Part shown: piece after piece, positions 43,413-51,957 of the stretch
Position numbering within the stretch: position 1 is the first letter of the stretch
Layout: each line of letters opens with the position of its first letter
Assembly: GCA_035455265.1 (NCBI GenBank)
Contig: DATIFK010000012.1
Coordinates: 6,035-70,034 of the forward strand
From: Anaerolineales bacterium
Lineage (GTDB): Bacteria; Chloroflexota; Anaerolineae; Anaerolineales; E44-bin32
Length of the DNA stretch: 64,000 nucleotides
Direction of reading: 5' to 3'
The notes under the pieces: generated by a model
The model's database searches: none
Told to the model about the DNA's origin: nothing
The model's input: only the letters and a program-made list of their open reading frames with translations
Made by a program: the position numbers and the translations under genes

Positions 43413-44672
43413 ATGCCCGAGCGGGACCTGGCCACCGAGGTCGACGACCTGCGCCGGTTGGTGGTGCGGCTGGCGCGGCTGGTGGAGGTCAGCGTGACGC
43501 TGAACTCCACCCTCGAGCCGCAGCGACTGCTCGAGTTCCTGATCCGTTCGGCCGCTGACCTGCTCGAGAGCGAGGCCGCCTCGATCCTGCTTGTCGACGA
43601 GAAGTCGCAACAGTTGTACTTCGCCGCTGCCACCGGGGCGGATCCGGCCGAGCTGCGCAAGATCCCCGTCCCGCTCGAGGGTTCGATCGCCGGAACCGTC
43701 TTTCGCGAGGACCGCCCGCTGATCATCAACGAGGTCGCCGGCGACCCCCGGCACTACCGCCAGGTGGGTGAGCGCATCCACTTCGAAACGCGCACGCTGA
43801 TCGGCGTGCCGATGCGGATGCGCGAGCGGCGCATCGGCGTCATCGAAGCGGTCAACAAACGCCAGGGGGCCTTCGACGAGAACGACCTGCAGACCCTGTC
43901 GATCATCGCCTCGCAGGCGGCGGTCGCCATCCACAACGCCAATCTGATCGACGCCCTGCAGCGGGCCTACGACGAGCTGGGCAAGCTCGACAAGATGAAG
44001 AGCGACTTCATCGCCATCGCCTCGCACGAGCTGCGCACGCCGCTGGGCGTCATCCTGGGCTACGCCGCCCTGCTCAAGGAGGACGCCGACCAGGCCACCT
44101 CCGAACATGCCGCCGCCGTGTTGAACTCGGCCCTGCGGATGCGGGCGCTCATCGAAGCGATGACGAACATGAACATGCTGCGCGTCGGCTCGGCCGAGAT
44201 GGCCATGACGGTGCAGCCGCTGAGCCCCATTGTGGACGCCGCCGGCGACGAACTGGGGATGCTGATCCGGGCCAAGGGGCAAACGTTGCAGCGTCATACC
44301 CCGCCGGAGCCGCTGCGGGCGATGACGGACGGCCCGAAGCTGACGATGGCTCTGACCAACTTGCTGAACAATGCCATGCGGTTCACGCCGGCCGGAGGCT
44401 CGATCGACCTGGGGTTGGAGCGTCATGGTTCGGAGGCCTGGCTGCGCGTGCGCGACAGCGGTGTCGGCATCCCCGCCGACCAGTTGGAGCGAGTCTTCGA
44501 CCAGTTCTACCAGGTGGAGAACCACATGACGCGGCGGCACGAGGGGATCGGGCTGGGCCTGGCCATCGTGCGGGCCATCGCCCAGGCCCATGGCGGCCGC
44601 GTCTGGGCGGAGAGTCAGGGCGTCGGCCAGGGCTCGACGTTCACGATTGCGCTGCCGCTGGTGTCGTCCTAG
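43413..44672 (+). CDS. GAF-domain sensor histidine kinase
   Basis: GAF region, H-box IASHELRTPL, N-box LLNNAMRFTP, G-box GIGLGLAIV. The first 317 aa of track ORF 42462..44672 are antisense to dnaN and are rejected. Confidence 0.88.
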   Translation: MPERDLATEVDDLRRLVVRLARLVEVSVTLNSTLEPQRLLEFLIRSAADLLESEAASILLVDEKSQQLYFAAATGADPAELRKIPVPLEGSIAGTVFREDRPLIINEVAGDPRHYRQVGERIHFETRTLIGVPMRMRERRIGVIEAVNKRQGAFDENDLQTLSIIASQAAVAIHNANLIDALQRAYDELGKLDKMKSDFIAIASHELRTPLGVILGYAALLKEDADQATSEHAAAVLNSALRMRALIEAMTNMNMLRVGSAEMAMTVQPLSPIVDAAGDELGMLIRAKGQTLQRHTPPEPLRAMTDGPKLTMALTNLLNNAMRFTPAGGSIDLGLERHGSEAWLRVRDSGVGIPADQLERVFDQFYQVENHMTRRHEGIGLGLAIVRAIAQAHGGRVWAESQGVGQGSTFTIALPLVSS

Positions 44673-44751
44673 CCCTCACCCCGACCCTCCCTTCCGCTTC
44701 GCTTCAGGGACCAAGGTCTCCCGCTCAGCGGGAGAGGGCATGGGGTGAGGG
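44673..44751. repeat. palindromic element of the same family, between convergent genes
   Basis: ccctcaccccgaccctccc...ctcccgctcagcgggagagggcatggggtgaggg. Confidence 0.75.
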
Positions 44752-45006
44752 TCATCCCGTCTCGAACACCTCGTCGCCGCGTCGGACCTTCTGGGCGACC
44801 TTCACCGCCACTTCGGTGCCGCCGGAGGCCTGAGCGACCGCCTTGTGTTCGACCTGGAGCGAGTCCAGCACTTGCTCGAAGTCGGTGTGGGCGCCGTGGA
44901 AGTGCACCAGCTGGCCTTGCTTGATGCCTCGGGCCAGCCGCAGCACGGCGACCTGGATGTGATCGTAGTAGTGGATGATTTCTCCTACTCGGTCTCCCTC
45001 CGCCAT
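44752..45006 (-). CDS. translation elongation factor-like (EF-Tu domain 2-like beta-barrel) small protein, 84 aa
   Basis: GEIIHYYDHIQVAVLRL...GDEV pattern. Start placed at an internal ATG; the upstream part of the track ORF lies in a repeat region. Confidence 0.55.
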   Translation of the reverse strand: MAEGDRVGEIIHYYDHIQVAVLRLARGIKQGQLVHFHGAHTDFEQVLDSLQVEHKAVAQASGGTEVAVKVAQKVRRGDEVFETG

Positions 45007-45087
45007 GGCCGCCTCCTTGTCTGCTGGCCCGGGCCCAAGCCGCCGGGCGCGCCTCAAACCTGCCCCCATTCTCGCGCCGCTTGTACC

Positions 45088-45178
45088 GGTTCCCAGTTCC
45101 CAGTCACCAGTTTCCAGTCTCACTGTTCCGGGCCGTGCGGGAAACTGGAAACCGGAAACTGGGAACTGGAGACTGGCG
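45088..45178. repeat. heptad-type inverted repeat pair
   Basis: ggttcccagttcccagtcaccagtttccagtctcactg ... gggaaactggaaaccggaaactgggaactggagactggcg. Confidence 0.8.
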
Positions 45179-45184
45179 TGCCGG

Positions 45185-45811
45185 CTATCCCTCTTCCCCC
45201 AGATACCTCCCGGCGGCGGACCCGGGACGGTGCGGGTGTTCCTGGCGCTCCTGGCGCCAGGCATCGATGCGGGCTGTGAGCTGGTTGCTGAAGGCCATCC
45301 AGTCGTCGACCACGATGAGCAACCCCGTCAGGTCGGGTGCGAAGAAGGGCCGGCTGAAGAACAGGCGCAGCAGGCCGAGCGGCAGAGGCATCTCCTTCAG
45401 GTCGACGCCGACGGCGGTGCGGCCGTAGAACGGCGCCACGAGATCCCGGTCGCCGGAACGCAGCGACGAGGCAGGGAACGTCCGCGCCAGATCGACCGGC
45501 CGCGTGGCCTGGATCCGGCGGTACGAGATCTTGAGACGGTAGATGGGAGTCTGCAGGCGGAGGTGGTCCTGCCGGGCCTGGGCGTAGGCGAACGCCGGGG
45601 CGATCAGGGTGAAGAGGCCGTAGCCCAGGGCGACCACGCCGCCCGAAAAGGCCCACGCGTCGGCCGGCGGGCGTGGCCAATCGACAACGCCTCGGGCGAC
45701 CAATACCCACAGCGATAGGAGGAGAATGGCCAGCACCAGGGCCGTGCTTCGATGGCGGGTAACAGCCCTCCGGTAGAGCAGGAGAGGAAAGCGGTCACCG
45801 CTGTCCGTCAT
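45185..45811 (-). CDS. hypothetical membrane protein (208 aa)
   Basis: Two TM segments near the N-terminus. Overlaps the nth 3' end by 17 nt. No family recognised. Confidence 0.5.
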   Translation of the reverse strand: MTDSGDRFPLLLYRRAVTRHRSTALVLAILLLSLWVLVARGVVDWPRPPADAWAFSGGVVALGYGLFTLIAPAFAYAQARQDHLRLQTPIYRLKISYRRIQATRPVDLARTFPASSLRSGDRDLVAPFYGRTAVGVDLKEMPLPLGLLRLFFSRPFFAPDLTGLLIVVDDWMAFSNQLTARIDAWRQERQEHPHRPGSAAGRYLGEEG

Positions 45812-46499
45812 GGGCTCTCCTTCGGCGCGCCGGGCGCTTCTGGCGGGCGTAGTACTCGCACAAGTCGTTCAGCGGACACCCAGGGCAGTCCGGGCGGCGC
45901 GGGTGGCAGATCTCGCGCCCGAGCCGGATGAGATTCAAATGGGCGTCCTTGTACATCGCGGGCAGGAACAGCTTCGCCAGCCGTTCATGGGCGCGTTCGG
46001 CGGTCATTGTCGGCGGGCGCAAGCCCAGGCGCCCACTGACACGGTAGATGTGAGTGTCGACGGGGAAGGCAGGCATGTCCAGGGAGAACAGCATCACGAT
46101 GGCAGCCGTCTTGGGTCCGATGCCGGGGAAGCGCCGGAGCCAGGCCCGTGCTTCCTCCGGCGGCCAGCCGCGTAGGAATTCCAGATCGAGGGCGCCGTGC
46201 TCGGCCGTCAGCGCGCGCAGGAACCCCTGGATGCGCGGGGCCTTCTGCTGGGCCAAACCACCGTTGCGGATGGCGGCGATCACGGACCGACGAGGCGCGT
46301 CGCGCACGCCTTCCCAGGTCGGGAAGCGAGCGCGCAGGGAGGTGAAGGACCGATCACGGTTTACGTCGTTCGTGTTCTGAGACAGGATGGTCGAGATGAC
46401 CTCGTCGAGCGGCGGGAGAGGGTGGCGCCAGACCGCCGGCCCGTAGTGGGCCATCAGGCGGCGGTTCACGGTGCGTGCTCTGCGGGCGGCGGAGTCCAC
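45795..46499 (-). CDS. nth: endonuclease III (DNA-(apurinic/apyrimidinic site) lyase / glycosylase)
   Basis: HhH-GPD motif FPGIGPKTAAIV and Fe-S cluster loop CHPRRPDCPGCPLNDLC. Confidence 0.88.
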   Translation of the reverse strand: MDSAARRARTVNRRLMAHYGPAVWRHPLPPLDEVISTILSQNTNDVNRDRSFTSLRARFPTWEGVRDAPRRSVIAAIRNGGLAQQKAPRIQGFLRALTAEHGALDLEFLRGWPPEEARAWLRRFPGIGPKTAAIVMLFSLDMPAFPVDTHIYRVSGRLGLRPPTMTAERAHERLAKLFLPAMYKDAHLNLIRLGREICHPRRPDCPGCPLNDLCEYYARQKRPARRRRAHDGQR

Positions 46500-46534
46500 G
46501 AGGGCATTCTAGCATTCAGCTGTCCACCGTCAGT

Positions 46535-46573
46535 CCCTCACCCCAACCCCTCTCCCGCGCAGCGGGAGAGGGG
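46535..46573. repeat. palindromic element of the same family (partial)
   Basis: ccctcaccccaacccctctcccgcgcagcgggagagggg. Confidence 0.7.
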
Positions 46574-46638
46574 CCTCTCGAAGGAACACCCGCTGCACCC
46601 GTCAGGTCCCGGAAGGGCTCCCTTCGCTCTCGGGACAC

Positions 46639-46668
46639 GGAAGGCTGAAGGCTGACAGCTGACAGCTC
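46639..46668. repeat. heptad-type repeat (GCTGANN units), single arm
   Basis: ggaaggctgaaggctgacagctgacagctcc. Confidence 0.55.
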
Positions 46669-46791
46669 CTTCCCCCGTTGACCGCGCCTGAAACCTTGCT
46701 ATACTGTCCCCGGACGGTCCGGTTGGCCGTCCCACCCCACCAACCCACAACACCCCGCGCCCACGGCCTCCCCTTCCCCCAGGAGCCCACG

Positions 46792-47736
46792 TTGATTCGC
46801 CTGTTCTTCGCCACCGACGTCCACGGCTCCGACATTTGCTGGAAGAAGTTCCTCAACGCGGCCAAGTTCTACGAAGCCCAGGTATTGGTGCTGGGCGGCG
46901 ACATGACCGGCAAGGCCCTCGTGCCGATCTCGCGCCAGGCCGACGGTCGCTGGAAGGCGACCCTGCTGCAGCAGGATTTCGTGCTGAGCGACGAGGGCGA
47001 GGTCGCCGACATGGAGCGGCGGGTGGCCAGCCGAGGCTACTATCCGTTCCGCACCGATCCCGATCAGCTGGCCGAGTTTGAGGCGGCCCCGGCGAAGGTG
47101 GACGACCTGTTCCGGCACCACATGCTCGACACGCTGCAGCGCTGGATGGATCTGGCGGACCAGAAGCTCGACGGGTCCGGCGTGCGATGCTACGTCTGCC
47201 CCGGCAACGACGACCAGGTCGATACCGACGAGATCGTCCGGCGGGCCCGCCGGGTGGAGCTGGCCGAGGGCCGGGCGATCGACCTGGGCGACGGATTCAC
47301 CATGATCAGCACCGGGTGGGCCAACATCACCCCGTGGAAGACGTTTCGTGAGCTGCCGGAAGCGGAGCTGGCCGAAAAGCTCGAGGCGATGACGTCGCTC
47401 GTGCCGGAGATGGGCCGGGCAGTGTTCAACTTCCATTGCCCGCCCTTCGGCACGAACCTGGATGAAGCCCCGGAAGTCGATGAGGATCTCAACGTGCGCG
47501 ACGCCGGCCGGGCTTTGATTCACGTCGGCAGTACGGCCGTGCGTGAGTCGATCCTCAAGCACCAGCCGCTGCTTTCGTTGCACGGACACATCCATGAGGC
47601 CAAAGGATTGGACCGCCTCGGCAAGACATTGGCCATCAACCCCGGCAGCCTGTATGAGCAGGGCGTGTTGCAGGGCGTCGTCCTTGAGCTTGACGCCCGC
47701 CGCGGCATTCGCAACTACGCCCTGACGACGGGGTGA
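46792..47736 (+). CDS. metallophosphoesterase
   Basis: Motifs FATDVHGS, LGGDMTGK, PGNDD, LHGHIH. Start placed at TTG 46792 (CAGGAG 7 nt upstream); the maximal ORF begins at 46678. Confidence 0.75.
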   Translation: MIRLFFATDVHGSDICWKKFLNAAKFYEAQVLVLGGDMTGKALVPISRQADGRWKATLLQQDFVLSDEGEVADMERRVASRGYYPFRTDPDQLAEFEAAPAKVDDLFRHHMLDTLQRWMDLADQKLDGSGVRCYVCPGNDDQVDTDEIVRRARRVELAEGRAIDLGDGFTMISTGWANITPWKTFRELPEAELAEKLEAMTSLVPEMGRAVFNFHCPPFGTNLDEAPEVDEDLNVRDAGRALIHVGSTAVRESILKHQPLLSLHGHIHEAKGLDRLGKTLAINPGSLYEQGVLQGVVLELDARRGIRNYALTTG

Positions 47737-47814
47737 AGGGAAGGAGGTGCCGCCGCTCCTGAGTCTGTCGCCGGCTCTGCCGGCCCCATTCCGAATCTGT
47801 CGGAGGAGGCAACC

Positions 47815-49479
47815 GTGACTGAGGCTACGCTGTTCCTGCGCAAGGCGACCGGCCTGGTCCGTTCGTGGGCCGTCTTCGACGCCTTCATCTACGCGTTCTT
47901 CTCGATCAACCTGGTCACCCTGGGGCTGTACATCATCAGTCAGATGTACTACTTCGAGGGCGGGCTGATCCCGGCCATGCTCATCAGCGGGCTCATCATC
48001 CTGGCCGAGTGTGTCGTCTATGCCGGGCTGATCGCCGTCATGCCGCGGGCCGGCGGCGACTACGTCTGGCAGAGCCGCATCCTGGGCGGTTTCCTTGGAT
48101 TCGTGCTGGCCGTGACCGGCTGGTGGTTCATCCTGTGGCTGTGGACCCCGCTGTATGCCGACATGCTGCGGCACATCTTCTTCGTGCCGCTGCTGGGCGT
48201 GCTGGGCTTCAAGGAACTGGCGCTCGATGTCGCCTGGAATCCCAACTGGTGGATGGCGGTGGTCGTCATCACCTTGATCTTCGTCACCGTCGTCATCGCG
48301 CTGGGGATGAAGACCTACGCCCGGATCCAGAAGTTCTGCTTCTGGGTCGGCAATGCCGGGCTGGCGGCGGTCTGCCTGATGCTGCTGTTCACCAACAACG
48401 CCCAGTTCCAGGCCGGCCTGGAGGCCAACGCCACGAAGCTCTTCGGAGCGGCACCCGGGGTGTATCAGGCGACCCTGGCCGCCGGCGAGGCGGCCGGGGG
48501 AATCACGCCGCTGTTCGGCGGGACGCTGCTGGCCATCTTCCTGGTCATGCCTTACCTGGTGTTCTTCAACCTGTGGCCCAACTGGGGCGCGACCCTGTAC
48601 GGCGAAGTCAAAGGGGCGGATGACTTCCGCAAGAACCTGAAGGGCATGGCCTACGCCCTGATCCTGACCACCGTCCTGGGGATCGTGTTCTTCGTGCTCA
48701 TCAACCGCACCATGACCTGGGAGTTCATGCGCAGCGCCAACGCGGCGTACTGGAATTACCGCTGGGGCTATACCACCGAGGCGCCGCCGCTGAACTTCTG
48801 GCCCTATCCGGCTCTGCTGGCCGTGTTCACCACCACCAGCCCGGTGCTTCAGGCGATCGTCCTGCTGGCGATGAGCATGTGGTTCTTCGGCTGGGCCGGC
48901 ACGGTCTTCCTGTCCTCGACGCGGGTGATCTTCGCCGCCGCGTTCGACCGCATCCTTCCGGAGGCGGTGGCGTCGCTTGAGCCGCGCACCCGCACACCCA
49001 TCTGGGCGATCGTCCTGATGGTCGTGCCCGGCCTGATCGTGTCGTACCTGTACGTGTACAACGTGTCGCTGGGCGGCTCGGGCTTCGCCTCCATCACTCT
49101 GGCGTCGACCCTGGTGATCGCCGTGACCTACCTGGGGTCGACCATCGCCGCCATCCTGCTGCCGTACGTAAAGCCCGATCTGTACCAGGCCTCGCCGATC
49201 GCCAAGTACAAGGTGCTCGGCCTGCCGCTGATCAGCGTCGCCGGCGTGATCTTCGGCGCCTTCCTGGTCTTCCTGTTGTACGAGTGGCTGCTCGACCCGA
49301 ACGCCCTGTACGGCATCGGCTACTCGGTCAACGAGGCCGGCCTCAAGAACGGCGCCTCGCTGATCTTCATGGGCGCCATGTACCTGTTGGCGATCATCAT
49401 CTACATCGTGGCCAAGATGATGCGCAGGAGCCAGGGCATCGACGTCGACAAGATCTACAAGGAGATCCCGGTCGAGTAG
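47815..49479 (+). CDS. APC-superfamily amino acid/polyamine permease
   Basis: About 12-TM profile, 554 aa. GGAGGAGG upstream of the GTG start. Confidence 0.8.
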   Translation: MTEATLFLRKATGLVRSWAVFDAFIYAFFSINLVTLGLYIISQMYYFEGGLIPAMLISGLIILAECVVYAGLIAVMPRAGGDYVWQSRILGGFLGFVLAVTGWWFILWLWTPLYADMLRHIFFVPLLGVLGFKELALDVAWNPNWWMAVVVITLIFVTVVIALGMKTYARIQKFCFWVGNAGLAAVCLMLLFTNNAQFQAGLEANATKLFGAAPGVYQATLAAGEAAGGITPLFGGTLLAIFLVMPYLVFFNLWPNWGATLYGEVKGADDFRKNLKGMAYALILTTVLGIVFFVLINRTMTWEFMRSANAAYWNYRWGYTTEAPPLNFWPYPALLAVFTTTSPVLQAIVLLAMSMWFFGWAGTVFLSSTRVIFAAAFDRILPEAVASLEPRTRTPIWAIVLMVVPGLIVSYLYVYNVSLGGSGFASITLASTLVIAVTYLGSTIAAILLPYVKPDLYQASPIAKYKVLGLPLISVAGVIFGAFLVFLLYEWLLDPNALYGIGYSVNEAGLKNGASLIFMGAMYLLAIIIYIVAKMMRRSQGIDVDKIYKEIPVE

Positions 49480-49522
49480 CGCTCGAGGAGGAGTTCCAAG
49501 CGGTTCTGGAGAGTTCCCTCGG

Positions 49523-49597
49523 CCTCACCCCCTTGCCCCCTCTCCGCTGAGGGACGTGACCCAGCCTGAGCCAGGGTCTGGCGGAGAGGGGGAGAGG
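49523..49597. repeat. palindromic element of the same family (split arms)
   Basis: cctcacccccttgccccctctccgc ... gcggagagggggagagg. Confidence 0.6.
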
Positions 49598-49601
49598 TCT
49601 T

Positions 49602-49634
49602 AGGAGGCGGGGGCCGAAGGCCCCCGCCTCCTTT
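49602..49634 (+). terminator. intrinsic terminator-like hairpin downstream of the APC permease
   Basis: AGGAGGCGGGGGCC-GAA-GGCCCCCGCCTCCT followed by TT; 14-bp perfect stem. Confidence 0.6.
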
Positions 49635-49676
49635 GGAAACCAGTTCCCCTCCCGGCTGGGAGGCGGACAGGCAGGC

Positions 49677-50429
49677 ATGGCAACGCTGGCAGACGGACGT
49701 GACGAAGCGCGGCGGATCATTGCCGAGGCCGAAGGGCGCGGGTTGGTGCTGCGCCTGTTCGGAGGCCTGGCGGTAGCGGTGCATTCCCCGAGCGCGGGGC
49801 ACCGCGGCCTGGAGCGGAGCTATCTCGATCTGGATTTCCTTTCGAGCGAACGGCGGGGCTTCCGCCTGGAGCCGTTCTTCGCCGAGCTCGGCTACGAGGC
49901 CAACCGCGGCTTCAACCTCTACAACGGAGACCGCCGGCTGTTGTTCTACGACGGCGCGCAGCAGCGCCAGGTCGACGTGTTCCTGGGCACGTTCACGATG
50001 TGTCACACCATCCCCCTCGCCGATCGCCTGGCCGTCGAAGGGATCACGCTCCCGCTGGCCGAACTGCTCCTGACCAAACTGCAGATTGTCGAGATGAACG
50101 AGAAGGACACCCGGGATGTCGCCGCGCTTCTGTTGGACCATCCCCTGGGCCCGACGGACGGTGAGGCGGTCAATCTGCCTCGACTCGAAGCCCTGTGCAG
50201 CGACGACTGGGGGTTGTGGAAGACGGTCAGCCTGAGTTTGGACAAAGTCGAACAATCGGTCGCGGCGTTGGACCTGGAACCGCAGGCCCGCACGACGGTC
50301 CTGGATCGGGTGGGGGAGCTGCGGCGCGCCCTGGAGGGAGCCCCCAAGACCCTGCGCTGGCGCCTGCGGGCGCGAGTCGGTGAGCGGGTGCGGTGGTATG
50401 AACTTCCGGAGGAAGTCCGCCGGGGATAG
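49677..50429 (+). CDS. hypothetical protein, nucleotidyltransferase-like
   Basis: Non-repetitive 250-aa ORF. The VLRLFGGLAV...LDLDFL pattern resembles uncharacterised nucleotidyltransferase families. Assignment is tentative. Confidence 0.45.
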   Translation: MATLADGRDEARRIIAEAEGRGLVLRLFGGLAVAVHSPSAGHRGLERSYLDLDFLSSERRGFRLEPFFAELGYEANRGFNLYNGDRRLLFYDGAQQRQVDVFLGTFTMCHTIPLADRLAVEGITLPLAELLLTKLQIVEMNEKDTRDVAALLLDHPLGPTDGEAVNLPRLEALCSDDWGLWKTVSLSLDKVEQSVAALDLEPQARTTVLDRVGELRRALEGAPKTLRWRLRARVGERVRWYELPEEVRRG

Positions 50430-50444
50430 CTCGGGGGTTGGGAA

Positions 50445-50472
50445 TTGACAGCCCGGCGAGAGATGTTATAGT
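50445..50472 (+). promoter_or_regulatory. sigma-70-type promoter (TTGACA-N16-TATAGT, TGT-extended -10)
   Basis: TTGACA at 50445-50450 and TATAGT at 50467-50472, preceded by TGT. Lies about 225 nt upstream of the SBP gene. Confidence 0.55.
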
Positions 50473-50531
50473 TGCGGGACCAGATCGATCCCACGGACCG
50501 TTTCCAACAAACCATGCGCCATTTCTGGTCG

Positions 50532-50560
50532 CCCCGCGGATGTCCGCGGGGTCCATCTTT
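50532..50560 (+). other. terminator-like hairpin inside the long 5' leader of the ABC operon
   Basis: CCCCGCGG-ATGT-CCGCGGGG followed by TCCATCTTT. Confidence 0.35.
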
Positions 50561-50696
50561 GGGGGTACGTGTGGGAGGTGACTGGATCTAAACCCCTTCG
50601 CGTGAGTCTCCCGTCCGTCGCCCTGGCTGGGGAGGGGGCGGACTCTCCAGACGGCCCCGTCGAATCCGAGAACGTCCTTTCTAAGGAGGATGAGAG

Positions 50697-51869
50697 ATGA
50701 GAGTTCGATTTGCACGGAGCTTGCCGGTGCTGTTGGTGGTGGCGCTGTTGGCGGCCTGTGGGGCGCCGACGGCCGCCCCGACGTCGCCTCCGGCGGCTGA
50801 ACCGACCAGCCCGCCGGCAGCCGAGCCGACCAGTGCGCCGGAGATGAGCGCCATGGACGCCCTCATCGCCGCCGCCCAGGCCGAAGGCACGCTCACCACG
50901 ATCGCCCTGCCCGACGACTGGTGCAACTACCGCGAGGTCATCGACACCTTCAAGGCCAAGTACGGGTTGGATGTCACCGAGCTCAACCCGGACGCCGGCT
51001 CGGGTGACGAGATCGAGGCCATCAAGGCCAACATGAACAACCCCGGGCCTCAGGCGCCGGACGTGGTCGACGTCGGCTTCTCGTTCGGCGAGGAGAACGT
51101 CGATCTGTTTGAGCCGTACAAGGTCTCGACCTGGGACTCGATCCCGGCGTCGGCCAAGGACCCGGACGGCTACTGGTACGGTGACTACTACGGCGTCATG
51201 GCCTTCCTGGTCAACACCGATGTTCAGCCGAACGTCCCGCACGACTGGGCCGATCTGCTGGACCCGATGTACAGAGGCCAGGTGGCGCTCTCGGGTGATC
51301 CGCGCACGTCCAACCAGGCGATCCAGGCGGTCTATGCCGCCGGCCTGGCCAACGGCGGATCGCTGGACAACGCCCAGCCGGGGCTGGATTTCTTCGCCCA
51401 GTTGAACGCCGGCGGGAACGGCAACTTCGTTCCGGTGATCGCCAACAACGGCTTGGTGGCCAAGGGCGAGACGCCGGTTCGCCTCACCTGGGACTACAAC
51501 GGCCTGGCGGCCATCGACTCGTTTGCCGGGAATCCGAAGGCGGAGCTGGTCATCCCCGCCTCGGGTCGCTTCGGCGGCGTTTACGTTCAGGCGATCAGCA
51601 AATACGCTCCACATCCGAATGCGGCCAAGCTGTGGATGGAGTTCCTGTATTCGGATGAGGGCCAGACCCTCTGGATGAAGGGATACTGCCACCCGATTCG
51701 GGAGGAAGACATGCGGGCCCGGGGCGTCATCCCCGCCGACCTGCTGGCCAAGCTCCCGGACGTGTCGGGCGCGCTGTTCCCCACGCCGGCCCAGTTGGCG
51801 GCGGCCAAGGTCCTGATCACCACGCAGTGGGATACGGTGGTCGGCGCCAACGTCCAGGCGGCCCCGTAA
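50697..51869 (+). CDS. ABC transporter periplasmic substrate-binding protein (family 1, PotD/AfuA-like)
   Basis: Lipoprotein-type signal (LLVVALLAACG), Pro/Ala/Glu-rich linker, SBP fold blocks. AAGGAGG upstream. Confidence 0.85.
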   Translation: MRVRFARSLPVLLVVALLAACGAPTAAPTSPPAAEPTSPPAAEPTSAPEMSAMDALIAAAQAEGTLTTIALPDDWCNYREVIDTFKAKYGLDVTELNPDAGSGDEIEAIKANMNNPGPQAPDVVDVGFSFGEENVDLFEPYKVSTWDSIPASAKDPDGYWYGDYYGVMAFLVNTDVQPNVPHDWADLLDPMYRGQVALSGDPRTSNQAIQAVYAAGLANGGSLDNAQPGLDFFAQLNAGGNGNFVPVIANNGLVAKGETPVRLTWDYNGLAAIDSFAGNPKAELVIPASGRFGGVYVQAISKYAPHPNAAKLWMEFLYSDEGQTLWMKGYCHPIREEDMRARGVIPADLLAKLPDVSGALFPTPAQLAAAKVLITTQWDTVVGANVQAAP

Positions 51870-51889
51870 TCTGAGCCAAGACGACACGG

Positions 51890-51930
51890 GCGAGACCCCG
51901 CCCTGAGCTAGTCGAAGGGCGGGGTCTCGC
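51890..51930 (+). other. intercistronic stem-loop between the SBP and permease genes
   Basis: GCGAGACCCCGCCC-N13-GGGCGGGGTCTCGC, a 14-bp perfect stem. Confidence 0.6.
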
Positions 51931-51957
51931 TCCCTCAACCCGGAGGAACCCCCAGGC

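Noticed and set aside
49677-50429. Type IV toxin-antitoxin (AbiEii-like nucleotidyltransferase toxin).
   Set aside because: There is no adjacent AbiEi-like antitoxin gene, and the similarity to nucleotidyltransferase families is weak and judged by eye only. It is kept as a hypothetical protein.
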